64,000 nucleotides of DNA. Origin: Abditibacterium sp. GTDB taxonomy: Bacteria > Armatimonadota > Abditibacteriia > Abditibacteriales > Abditibacteriaceae. Location: positions 2,144,001-2,208,000 of the forward strand of contig OZ251992.1 of the NCBI GenBank assembly GCA_965246885.1, in the 5' to 3' direction. Positions within the stretch are counted from its first letter, which is position 1; each line of letters begins with the position of its first letter. Below the pieces are notes generated by a model. It was not told where the DNA came from. It saw only the letters and a list, made by a program, of their open reading frames with translations, and did no database searches. Below, in pieces: positions 18,702 to 27,926 of the stretch. Both the position numbers and the translations under genes were made by a program.

Positions 18702-20018
18702 TTACAGCGCCGCCGACAAACGCGCTTCCATTTCGTCGCGCACGGTCTCGGAGGAGATGTTTCCGAGCGCCTCGCCCGCGAAAGCGCGGATGAGGATGGC
18801 GCGCGCTTCCCTTGCCGGGACGCCGCGCGACTGGAGGTAGAACTGCGCGGCCTCGTCGAGTTGGCCAATCGTCGCGCCGTGCGTGCACCGCACGTCATCG
18901 GCGAGGATTTCCAATTGCGGCTTGGCGTTGATGGTCGCGTCGGGCGACAGCAAAATGGTGCGGTTGGACTGCTTCGCGTCGGTCTTTTGCGCGTCCAGAC
19001 GCACGAAGATTTTGCCGTTGAAAACGCCGACGGACTTGCCGTTCAAGACGTGCGCGTAGTGCTCATGGCTGGCGCAATGCGGCACGGCGTGATCCATCGT
19101 GGTGTGGTTGTCTATGTGCTGCTCGCCATCGGCGACGACTAAGCCGTCGAGGGTGATTTCGGCGCCCTCGCCCTGCATAACCGCCGTCGCGTTGTTGCGA
19201 ACGATGCGCCCGCCGAGGTTAAGCGTCGTCGAGCGCAGGTTCGCACCCCGCGCCGCGCCTAATTGCACGCTCCCAATATGGAAGGCGCGCGGCGATTCGA
19301 GTTGCACCTTGAGATGCTCTAACTGCGCGCCCGCGCCCGATTCGACTTCGGTCACCGCATTGGTGAAGTAGGCGCCGTCACCGGAGGAGCAGTAACTCTC
19401 AATGAGGGTGAGTTTCGCGTTCGCGCCTAAGAGGACGAGGTTGCGCGGGTGGGAGACGGTCGCCGCGTCGCCGATGGAAACGAAGACCAAGTGCACGGGC
19501 GCCGCAAGTTCGACGTTAGCGGGCACGAACACGAACGCGCCGTCCTGCGCGAAGGCGGTGTTGAGCGCGACGAAGGTTTCCTCGCCGTCAACCGAGCGCC
19601 CGAACGCTTGCTGCACGCGCTCCGAATCGGCGGCGATGGCTTCGCTCAGGGCGCGCACTTCGACGCCTGCGGGGAGTTCGCCGATGCGCGAGAACATGGG
19701 TTCAAAGTGGCCGTTGACGAAGACCAAGCGCGGCCCGTCCAATCCCACGAACGGCAGCGAACCCAAATTGTCCTCGCTGTCGGCTGCTTCAAAGCGGAAG
19801 ATGGGCGTCGCCACGAGGTTAGCGACGGGCGTCACGTCGGTGTATTTCCACTCCTCGTCGCGCACGGTGGGGAAGCCCAAGCGCGCGAAGGTCGCCATCG
19901 CGTCGCGGCGGCGCGCGGCGAGCCAATGCGGGGCGGGATGTTCGCGCTCGAACTGCTCGAAGGCGCCTTGGTAACGCGCGACGGCACCGGCGGTGGGGTT
20001 GGTTAGGATTCGGGACAT
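18702..20018 (-). CDS. sufD: Fe-S cluster assembly protein SufD
   Basis: EEWKYT, GVFNGKIFV, AQKTDAKQ, KPQLEILADDVRCTHGATIG. Confidence 0.95.
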   Translation of the reverse strand: MSRILTNPTAGAVARYQGAFEQFEREHPAPHWLAARRRDAMATFARLGFPTVRDEEWKYTDVTPVANLVATPIFRFEAADSEDNLGSLPFVGLDGPRLVFVNGHFEPMFSRIGELPAGVEVRALSEAIAADSERVQQAFGRSVDGEETFVALNTAFAQDGAFVFVPANVELAAPVHLVFVSIGDAATVSHPRNLVLLGANAKLTLIESYCSSGDGAYFTNAVTEVESGAGAQLEHLKVQLESPRAFHIGSVQLGAARGANLRSTTLNLGGRIVRNNATAVMQGEGAEITLDGLVVADGEQHIDNHTTMDHAVPHCASHEHYAHVLNGKSVGVFNGKIFVRLDAQKTDAKQSNRTILLSPDATINAKPQLEILADDVRCTHGATIGQLDEAAQFYLQSRGVPAREARAILIRAFAGEALGNISSETVRDEMEARLSAAL

Positions 20019-20777
20019 TTAAACCTCCGCGAACTGCGCCTTGATGGGGTCGTAGCCGCCCGCTTCCAATTCGAGCGCCAGTTCTTTGCCGCCACTGCGC
20101 ACGATTTGGCCGCGATACAGAATGTGCACGAAGTCCGGCACGATGTAGTCGAGCAGGCGCTGATAGTGCGTGATGACGACGGTCGCCGTCGTGGGCGACT
20201 TTAACGCGTTGACGCCGCCCGCCACCACTTTCAAGGCGTCTATATCCAGCCCGGAGTCCGTCTCGTCCAGCACTGACAGGAGCGGCTCCAAGAGCGCCAT
20301 TTGGAAAATCTCCGACTTCTTCTTTTCCCCGCCTGAAAAGCCCTCGTTCACCGACCGCTTGAGGAACTGCTCGTCCAAGTTCACCAACTTCGACTTCGCC
20401 TTGACCAGCTTGAGGAACGACAGGGCGTCCAACTCCGGCAGCCCCTTGTATTTGCGAATCCCGTTGAGCGCCGCGCGCAGAAAGACCTGCGTGTTGACGC
20501 CCGGTATCTCGATGGGATACTGAAAGGCGAGGAACAACCCTTCCGCCGCGCGCTCTTCGGGCGCCAGATCAAAGAGGTTCTGGCCGTTGAACAGCACCTC
20601 GCCGTCCGTTATCTCGTAGTCGTCGCGCCCCGCCAAGACCGACGCGAGCGTGGATTTGCCCGACCCGTTCGGCCCCATGACCGCGTGCACTTCGCCTGCG
20701 CCGACCGATAAATTGATGCCGCGCAGGATTTCTTTGTCCTCGATGCGCGCGTGTAGGTTCTTAATTTCTAAAAGCAT
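20019..20777 (-). CDS. sufC: Fe-S cluster assembly ATPase SufC
   Basis: GPNGSGKST, AFQYPIEIPGV, NEGFSGGEKK, LDETDSGLDIDAL. Confidence 0.97.
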   Translation of the reverse strand: MLLEIKNLHARIEDKEILRGINLSVGAGEVHAVMGPNGSGKSTLASVLAGRDDYEITDGEVLFNGQNLFDLAPEERAAEGLFLAFQYPIEIPGVNTQVFLRAALNGIRKYKGLPELDALSFLKLVKAKSKLVNLDEQFLKRSVNEGFSGGEKKKSEIFQMALLEPLLSVLDETDSGLDIDALKVVAGGVNALKSPTTATVVITHYQRLLDYIVPDFVHILYRGQIVRSGGKELALELEAGGYDPIKAQFAEV

Positions 20778-20795
20778 GATGGGTGGTTCCGACGT

Positions 20796-22241
20796 TTAGC
20801 CGACGCTCCCTTCCAACGAGATGCCCAATAACTTCTGCGCTTCGACGGCGAACTCCATTGGTAGCTCGCGGAAGACCTCTTTGCAAAAGCCGTTGACGAT
20901 CATCGAAACGGCGTCTTCCGTCGAGATGCCGCGCTGATTGCAATAGAAGATTTGGTCTTCCCCGACTTTCGAGGTGGACGCTTCGTGCTCCACTTTCGCC
21001 GTCGGGTTGCGCACCTCGATATACGGGAAGGTATGGGCGCCGCACCGGTCGCCAATGAGGAGCGAGTCGCACTGCGAGAAGTTGCGCGCGTTGTCGGCGC
21101 CCTTGAGCACCTTGACCAGCCCGCGATACGAGTTCTGGCCGCGCCCCGCCGAAATGCCCTTGGAAACAATCGTCGAGCGCGTGTTCTTGCCGATGTGAAT
21201 CATCTTCGTCCCTGTATCGGCCAACTGCGCGTTATTGGTAACGGCGACCGAGTAGAACTCGCCGACGGAGTTATCGCCTTGCAAGATGACGCCGGGATAC
21301 TTCCACGTGATCGCGCTCCCCGTCTCGACCTGCGTCCACGAAATCTTGCTGGACTCGCCCCGGCAGGCGCCGCGCTTGGTGACGAAGTTATAGATACCGC
21401 CTTTGCCGTTCGCGTCGCCGGGATACCAGTTCTGGACGGTGGAATACTTGATGCTCGCCCGCTCCAGCGCGACCAACTCCACGACCGCCGCATGCAGTTG
21501 GTTGGTGTCGAACTTGGGCGCGGTGCAACCTTCGAGGTAGGACACCTGCGCGTCGTCCTCGCAGACAATGAGCGTCCTCTCGAACTGCCCGGAATCCTGC
21601 GTGTTGATGCGGAAGTACGTCGAGAGTTCCATCGGGCACTTCACGCCTTTGGGAATGAACACGAACGAGCCATCCGAAAACACGGCGGAGTTGAGCGCCG
21701 TGAAGTAGTTGTCGGTATGAGGAACGACCGACCCCAAATACTGCCGCACGAGTTCGGGATGCTCGCGCACGGCATCGGAGAACGAGCAAAAGATGATGCC
21801 CAGTTCCGACAGCTTCGCTTTAAACGTCGTCGTAACCGAAACCGAATCGAACACGACATCCACCGCGACGTTAGCAAGGAGCTTCTGCTCTTCCAAGGGG
21901 ATGCCCAGCTTGTTGAAGGTTTCGACGAGCTTCGGGTCTACCTCGTCCATCGAGGCCAACTTGGGCTTTTCTTTGGGCGCGGAGTAGTAGATAATGTTCT
22001 GGTAGTCCAGTTCGGGGTAGTGCGCGTTGAGCCAGTGCGGTTCTGCGAGCGTCGTCCAATGGCGGTAGGCTTTGAGGCGCCAGTCGAGAAGCCACGCCGG
22101 TTCGCCCTTTTTCAGCGAGATGGCGCGCACCACGTCCTCGGACAGGCCGCGCGCAAAGGAATCGGACTCGATGTCGGTAACAAATCCGGCGGTGTATTCT
22201 TGCGAAGCGAGCGCTTCGATGGTCGGTGTTTCGGTGCTCAT
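20796..22241 (-). CDS. sufB: Fe-S cluster assembly protein SufB
   Basis: [49 protein letters not shown]. Start at ATG 22241 (MSTETP). Confidence 0.97.
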   Translation of the reverse strand: MSTETPTIEALASQEYTAGFVTDIESDSFARGLSEDVVRAISLKKGEPAWLLDWRLKAYRHWTTLAEPHWLNAHYPELDYQNIIYYSAPKEKPKLASMDEVDPKLVETFNKLGIPLEEQKLLANVAVDVVFDSVSVTTTFKAKLSELGIIFCSFSDAVREHPELVRQYLGSVVPHTDNYFTALNSAVFSDGSFVFIPKGVKCPMELSTYFRINTQDSGQFERTLIVCEDDAQVSYLEGCTAPKFDTNQLHAAVVELVALERASIKYSTVQNWYPGDANGKGGIYNFVTKRGACRGESSKISWTQVETGSAITWKYPGVILQGDNSVGEFYSVAVTNNAQLADTGTKMIHIGKNTRSTIVSKGISAGRGQNSYRGLVKVLKGADNARNFSQCDSLLIGDRCGAHTFPYIEVRNPTAKVEHEASTSKVGEDQIFYCNQRGISTEDAVSMIVNGFCKEVFRELPMEFAVEAQKLLGISLEGSVG

Positions 22242-22403
22242 AACGACTCGATGGGCTTTGGGAAGCTGCACACAGAGGTTTCCCAAACGGTGCCTTACAC
22301 CCGACACAAACGAAGCGAGACGGTTCCCGCGCCGCCCACAATTCTCCTATTCATTTCGTCGGAATTGACTCTAAAGATGAAACTGCGCCGCTCAAAGACG
22401 GCA

Positions 22404-22430
22404 GAAGCCGGAACAGAATGTTCCGGCTTC
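22404..22430 (-). terminator. Hairpin downstream of the response regulator gene
   Basis: 12-bp stem GAAGCCGGAACA/TGTTCCGGCTTC just after the minus-strand stop at 22446. Confidence 0.6.
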
Positions 22431-22445
22431 CAACAAACCAAACGC

Positions 22446-22820
22446 TTACGCTGCCTTTGCTTCCAAATGGCGCTCCTGCCGCTCCAAGTCGTGCACCAGC
22501 ACCTCATGGAGGTGCGTTACGTCAATGGGTTTGGGCATGAAGTGCTCGGCGATGCCGTCGGCGATATCGAGGTCGAGGGCGCTGGTTAAAATAACAAGCG
22601 GCGCGTGCGGCATTTTGCGGGCGCGCGCGGCCAGTTCGACGCCGCTCATGCCGGGCATGCGCACGTCGGAAATCAAAAACGCGAACTCCTCGCGCCGCAA
22701 CAAAGAAAGCGCCTGCCACCCGCTCTGAGCTACCGTCACGGTATGGCCTTGACGTCGAAGAGCGATCGCCAACGTCAGCAAAACGTTGGTGTCGTCATCT
22801 ACTAAAAGGATTTGGGCCAT
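22446..22820 (-). CDS. Single-domain response regulator (CheY-like)
   Basis: ILLVDDD, ISDVRMPGMSG (phospho-Asp), LTS, KP. Start at ATG 22820. Confidence 0.9.
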   Translation of the reverse strand: MAQILLVDDDTNVLLTLAIALRRQGHTVTVAQSGWQALSLLRREEFAFLISDVRMPGMSGVELAARARKMPHAPLVILTSALDLDIADGIAEHFMPKPIDVTHLHEVLVHDLERQERHLEAKAA

Positions 22821-22909
22821 TGCAAATATCACCGCGCACCCGGTCGGTACGCTATGAGAGGCAACGCAAATCAAGTGCCGAGCCGTATCCAAAGTTTCCG
22901 CAGCTACTT

Positions 22910-23449
22910 TTAAGTCCAAAAGCGGCGCCATAAGCGTTGCCATCGGAGGGGCTGGCACCCAGTCGCGCGGCGCTGGCGATTCCATAAACGCACCTGCGCC
23001 CGCAGTTGCGGTTTCATCGGCAGGCCCGCGTAGACCGCATGAACATGTTCGGCACCTTTCCAATGCGGCCCTGTGCGAAACCACGCTATAAAGCCCGCGT
23101 GCGCCAAATCTTCGAGAAACTCGGCGCGCTTACGGGGTGTCAGGTCGTCCACTCCCAAGTCCACCGCCGCACTGTAATCCTCGCCGCCAACCGTGCCGTC
23201 ACGCAGGTGGTACCCCTTTGAACGCGGGTTATTCCCAAGCGTCTGGCCAATGCGAATCGGGCTAATGCCCGCCGCAAAACACGCCCCCCTGAACGCCCGC
23301 CATGCGACGGGCGCCATCCCTGTGGGCCGCTCAAACGGACGCGCGAGGTGGCGCGGCGGCAGAAGTACCCCGACGCGGTAACTGCGCCACCCCCAAAACG
23401 CCACGAGTGCGGCCAGAAGCAGGCAGGAAAAGAGCAAAAAGCGGCGCAC
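22910..23449 (-). CDS. Membrane-anchored hypothetical protein, possible Zn peptidase (M15/LAS-like)
   Basis: N-terminal TM, then GYH...AAVDL...EHVHAV. GTG start at 23449 is assumed. Confidence 0.6.
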   Translation of the reverse strand: MRRFLLFSCLLLAALVAFWGWRSYRVGVLLPPRHLARPFERPTGMAPVAWRAFRGACFAAGISPIRIGQTLGNNPRSKGYHLRDGTVGGEDYSAAVDLGVDDLTPRKRAEFLEDLAHAGFIAWFRTGPHWKGAEHVHAVYAGLPMKPQLRAQVRLWNRQRRATGCQPLRWQRLWRRFWT

Positions 23450-23495
23450 CCGAACAGTTAGACCGCGCGGCGTAAACTGCGACAACCTAATCGCC

Positions 23496-24749
23496 ATGAA
23501 ATTAACCCCAGTCGGCAAATTCGCCCTCTTCCTGCTTCTGCTCGGCGCGCTCGCGGGCGGCCTGCGCTTCTTTGCGCACAAGGCGGGCACCCCCACCACC
23601 GTCACGCAAAACGGCGGCGGCTCGAACGCGGGCACCGGTAGCGGCAATGGTGGCGGCTCGCAAACGGGCACCAATCCAAACGGTGGCGGCACCGGTGGCG
23701 GCGACACTGGCACGGGTCAAGCAGGTGGCGTTGCGGCGACGGTGGGCGCGAACGAGTTGCAAATCGTGACCAGCGCTTCCAAGCGCGGTTGGCTCAACGA
23801 GCAAATAGACAAGTTCAACGCGCAGTCCGACGTGAAGCTCGTGCCCAAACTCGTCGAAACGCGCGAAGCGATGCAGCAGATTTTGTCGGGCCGCCTCAAG
23901 CCCGCGCTGTGGAGTCCCTCGTCCGTCATCTGGGCCGACCGTTTGGCCGAAGTTCTCAACCAGCGCACTGGCTCGTCGCCGCTCGATACCGGCGATCCGA
24001 ACTCCTACCGCTCCGTGCTCAAAACGCCCATCGTCTTTCTGACCACGAAAGAGAACGCCAAGATTCTGCGCCCGCTCCTCAGTTCCGCCGAGTGCTGGCC
24101 CAACGTCCAGAAACTCTCCAAGGGCGACACCCCATTCCCCGGCGGCTTCAAGTGGGCGCACGCCGACCCGCTCAACGCCAACTCCGGCATGCTGACGCTC
24201 GCGCTTATCATCAACGACTACGCCAACCGGACGGGGCAGACCGGCTCGATTCAAAACGTCGCCACATCGGGCGCCTTTCTGGACTATCTGAAGTCGCTGG
24301 AATCGAAAATCGTCTACAACACCGCCGTTCAAAAAGGCTCGTCCGCGCTCGTCAAGTCGTTCACCGAAGACCCGTCGCGCTATTCGTTCATCACCGCCTA
24401 CGAAGCGGCGGCAGTGGAAGCCATCGCGCAAAACCCTGACCTCGCGGTTATCTACCCCAACCCGACCGTCAACGCCGAAAACGCCGTTGCTTTCCTCAAC
24501 TGGCCCGATTTGAACTCACAGCAAAAAGCGGCGGGCCTCGCGTTTCTCAAGTTCGTTGGCACGCCCGCCTCGATGCAAGACGGCCTCAAAGAACACTTCC
24601 GCCCTCTCAAGGGCGCGGGCAACGACCCGCAGCTGGCGGCACTGTCGGGCAACGGCATCGAAACCAGCTACTCGGCCATCGAACTGCCGCCGTACTCGGT
24701 TCTCAACGGCGTGGCGTTCAAGTGGCGCACCGAAATCGCGGGCAAGTAG
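23496..24749 (+). CDS. Extracellular solute-binding protein (SBP_bac_11-like) with Gly-rich linker
   Basis: N-terminal anchor, G/T/N-rich linker, PALWSPSS, HADPLNANSG and IYPNPT motifs. Confidence 0.8.
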   Translation: MKLTPVGKFALFLLLLGALAGGLRFFAHKAGTPTTVTQNGGGSNAGTGSGNGGGSQTGTNPNGGGTGGGDTGTGQAGGVAATVGANELQIVTSASKRGWLNEQIDKFNAQSDVKLVPKLVETREAMQQILSGRLKPALWSPSSVIWADRLAEVLNQRTGSSPLDTGDPNSYRSVLKTPIVFLTTKENAKILRPLLSSAECWPNVQKLSKGDTPFPGGFKWAHADPLNANSGMLTLALIINDYANRTGQTGSIQNVATSGAFLDYLKSLESKIVYNTAVQKGSSALVKSFTEDPSRYSFITAYEAAAVEAIAQNPDLAVIYPNPTVNAENAVAFLNWPDLNSQQKAAGLAFLKFVGTPASMQDGLKEHFRPLKGAGNDPQLAALSGNGIETSYSAIELPPYSVLNGVAFKWRTEIAGK

Positions 24750-24769
24750 AATCCCCGGCCCGCCGTCGT

Positions 24770-24916
24770 CTGTCGCCGAGCGCCAGACGGGCGCCAACGA
24801 GTGACAGACATGCGCCACTCGCCGCCAGCCGTGCGCCAACCAGTGACAGACGTGCGCCACTCGCCCACACAGGCGCGCCGACGAGTGACGCGCGTCTGTC
24901 GGCCATTGGCGGACGA
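24770..24916. repeat. Degenerate 21-bp-period tandem array (7 units, 42-bp higher order)
   Basis: GCGCC at 24791, 24812, 24833, 24854 and 24875; flanking in-register units start CTGTCG at 24770 and 24896. Confidence 0.9.
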
Positions 24917-25214
24917 CGGCGCTCGCGTGGGCGACCTCCCCCAGTCATCCCTCGAATTCGCCATTCCGCAAAAAGGAGAATTTGTGCCAATTTTAATGAG
25001 AATCGGTTAGAGCAGTAGTGCGCGGATTCGCCGGAAAACGTCCGCAAAAGTAGTAAGATGATGAATGTCCTTCCACGCAGGCGACCGCAAAGAACTACCC
25101 CCGGCAAGGCCGGAGGCACGGCGACACAGGGAAGGGGCCGCCGCTCGAAACGATGCGCAAAGCAACGCGCCGTCTGGTGGAGCGTGGCCAAGGTAATGAA
25201 AGGACAAAACTCTC

Positions 25215-27035
25215 ATGAAACTGACTCCTGTTGGAAAAGTCGTCGCCCTCATCCTCGTGGCGGGCGGCGCGGTAGGCGTGTGGAAAAGCTGGAGCAAAAT
25301 TGCGCCCAGTGCGGCCACCAAACCCTCCGTTGGCGTGGGCAAGGTGGAACTGCCTGCGGGCAAAGTGGATTCGGGGGCAAGCGGCGACATCCAACCCGTC
25401 GCGGTTGCGCTGGGCGACACCTCGCCCGGATGTCCCGGCGACCCTGAAGTGCGCTTGCAGGGCTACGCTTGGAACGCGCAGCAAGGCATGCTCCTCGCCG
25501 TTGGCGGCACGCAAGCGACGGCGGGAAGCCTGATGTGCCAGAACGGAATTAACTTCAAGTGGAGCCGCCAAGACGACAACTCCAAGCTGCAAGAAGCGCT
25601 CGTTGCGTTCGCTACGCGGCTCAAAGCGGGCGACCAGAACCCGACGGCGGGCGCGCATTTCGTCACCATCATGGGCGATGGCGGCGCCGCGTTCCTCACG
25701 CCTCTCAACGAGACGCTGCGCAAAATCGGGCCAGAGTATCAAGCGAAGATTATAGATGTTACGGGTTACTCGCACGGCGAGGACAAGCTGATGGGGCCGG
25801 TCGCGTGGCGCGACACCCCCGCCGCGTCCAAGGGGGGCGTGGTGGCGGGTGTTATCCGCGATGGCGACTGGAACATCGCCCAAAAGTGGCTGGGCGACAA
25901 CGGACTCAAGACCAACCCCGACGAGAAAACCTACGACCCCGACGCCCTCAACTGGATCAACGCGAGCGACTATATAGACGCGGGCGAGAAATACGTCGCG
26001 GGCTACACCGAAACCCGCCCCGTCGTGCGCAATGGCGTCAAGACCGGCGAAACCAAGCAGATCAAGGTGGACGGCGTGGTGACGTGGACGCCCGGCGATG
26101 TCAACGTCGCCACCAAAAAGGGCGGCCTCGTGTCCATCGTTTCGACGCGCGAATACTCCTCGCAAATGCCGTGCGTCGTGATTGGCATAGACAAATGGTG
26201 CAAAGCCAACCGCCCCCTCGTCCAAAAGATGATCGCCGCCATCGGTGAGGGCGGGCGCCAAATCCAATCCAACCCGGCGGCGCTCGACCGCGCCTCGCAG
26301 ATTGCCGCTCTCGCCTTCAACGAAAAGGGCGCCGACGCGTCCTACTGGAAGAAGTACTTTACCGGCGTCACGCAAAACGATAAGACCGGTCAGCCCGTCG
26401 CGCTTGGCGGCTCGTCGGTCAGCAACCTCGGCGACTCGCTCAACGAGATGGGCTTGGTGCCCGGCTCGGCGAACTTGGTGGGCGCAACGTACACCGTGTT
26501 CGGGCAAATCGTTTCGGCGCAATATCCCGAATTGCTCCGCTCTGTCCCGCCCGAAGCGAGCGTGATAGACACGTCGTATCTGAGCGCGCTGGCGAAAGGC
26601 GGCGCATCGGGTGGCCCGCGCATTGTTCCGGTCAAAGCGCCGGTTTACGCAAAGCCCAAACCCGGCGTCAAACCGCTACCGGTGGTGTCCACAACGCAAT
26701 TGAACATTCAGTTCAACGCGAGCAAGGACACCTTTACGCCGCAAGCCAAAGCGCAACTGCTGCAACTCGCGCGCAGCCTACTGATTGCGGGCGGCACGAC
26801 CATCGAAGTTCACGGCCATACCGACAACGCGGGTGACCCGCGCAAGTCCATGCCTTTGTCCGAAGCGCGCGCTTTCGCCGTGAAAAATTATCTGGAGCAT
26901 TTGTCGCCCAGGAACTTTCCTGAAGGCCGTATCCAAACCTTCGCGCACGGCGAAACGCAGCCGCTCGTGCCGAACTCCTCGCCCGAAAACCGCGCGAAGA
27001 ACCGGCGAGTGACCATTATTCTGCGCGCGGCGTGA
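25215..27035 (+). CDS. ABC-type periplasmic binding protein fused to a C-terminal OmpA peptidoglycan-binding domain
   Basis: N-terminal anchor, PBP-like core (GYSHGEDK, VTWTPGD), Pro/Lys linker, OmpA-C motifs IEVHGHTDN, LSEARA and NRAKNRRV. Confidence 0.88.
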   Translation: MKLTPVGKVVALILVAGGAVGVWKSWSKIAPSAATKPSVGVGKVELPAGKVDSGASGDIQPVAVALGDTSPGCPGDPEVRLQGYAWNAQQGMLLAVGGTQATAGSLMCQNGINFKWSRQDDNSKLQEALVAFATRLKAGDQNPTAGAHFVTIMGDGGAAFLTPLNETLRKIGPEYQAKIIDVTGYSHGEDKLMGPVAWRDTPAASKGGVVAGVIRDGDWNIAQKWLGDNGLKTNPDEKTYDPDALNWINASDYIDAGEKYVAGYTETRPVVRNGVKTGETKQIKVDGVVTWTPGDVNVATKKGGLVSIVSTREYSSQMPCVVIGIDKWCKANRPLVQKMIAAIGEGGRQIQSNPAALDRASQIAALAFNEKGADASYWKKYFTGVTQNDKTGQPVALGGSSVSNLGDSLNEMGLVPGSANLVGATYTVFGQIVSAQYPELLRSVPPEASVIDTSYLSALAKGGASGGPRIVPVKAPVYAKPKPGVKPLPVVSTTQLNIQFNASKDTFTPQAKAQLLQLARSLLIAGGTTIEVHGHTDNAGDPRKSMPLSEARAFAVKNYLEHLSPRNFPEGRIQTFAHGETQPLVPNSSPENRAKNRRVTIILRAA

Positions 27036-27044
27036 GGCATCATT

Positions 27045-27926
27045 ATGAACTCCACTCCCACCGACGGGGCGCCCGCCGTCATTGCGGGCGCGCATTCATC
27101 TGCCGCCTTGCATGTGGGCGACCGCAAGCCGCGAAAGACGGATGGGCCGCTCGCGCTGTTTCTGCCCAACCGCCGCGTTTCGATGTCGGCTTTGCTCCTC
27201 GCGGGGTTGGTCGAGGCGGGGCTGTTCCTCGTTTTGTGGCTACTCAGTCCGTTTGATGTCCTCCCCAAGCCGCTTGAAGTCGTGTCGGCGTTGGGCCGCT
27301 TGTGGACGACGCAGGGCATGGGACAGGAGTTGGCGACTTCGTTCGGCCTCAACTTGCAAGCCCTGCTATGGTCGAGCCTCATCTCGTTGGGGCTGGCGTA
27401 TCTCACGGTGCTCCCGGTGTTTCGCCCGTTTGTGGCGGCGTTTTCCAAGGGGCGCTTTCTGTCTCTGGCGGGCTTCACCTTCATCTTTACGCTCGTTGTG
27501 GGCGGCGGGCGACCGCTTCAAATCTCCCTGCTGACGTTCGCCATCACCGTGTTTTACGTCACTTCGATGGCATCGGTCATTGCCGCCATTCCCAGAGCGG
27601 AGTTTGAGCATGCGCGCACGCTTCGCATGAGCGAGGGGCGCATCGTGTGGGAAGTGGTGATTTTGGGAACGGCGGACAAGGCTTTTGAAGTGCTGCGCCA
27701 AAACGCGGCGATGGGCTGGATGATGCTGTCGCTCATTGAAGGGATAGTGCGCTCCGGTGGCGGCATCGGCGCGATGCTTCTCGCAGAGTCGCACCATTTT
27801 ATGCTGGCCGAAGTGTTCGCTATCCAACTGGTGATTTTAGTTGTGGGGATGATGCAGGACTTCGCCATCGAGTGGCTGCGCCGCCTCTTGTGCCCGTATT
27901 CCGCCCTGACGCTGGAGCGCCCATGA
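27045..27926 (+). CDS. ABC transporter permease (nitrate/sulfonate-like)
   Basis: About 6 TM segments, EAA-like loop EFEHARTLRMSE, GGIG motif; stop overlaps the next ATG. Confidence 0.85.
   Translation: MNSTPTDGAPAVIAGAHSSAALHVGDRKPRKTDGPLALFLPNRRVSMSALLLAGLVEAGLFLVLWLLSPFDVLPKPLEVVSALGRLWTTQGMGQELATSFGLNLQALLWSSLISLGLAYLTVLPVFRPFVAAFSKGRFLSLAGFTFIFTLVVGGGRPLQISLLTFAITVFYVTSMASVIAAIPRAEFEHARTLRMSEGRIVWEVVILGTADKAFEVLRQNAAMGWMMLSLIEGIVRSGGGIGAMLLAESHHFMLAEVFAIQLVILVVGMMQDFAIEWLRRLLCPYSALTLERP

Noticed and set aside
25120..25190. Confident c-di-GMP-I riboswitch call
   Set aside because: Only scattered words match; the expected P1 internal loop and tetraloop-receptor are not evident. Kept only as a low-confidence structured leader.
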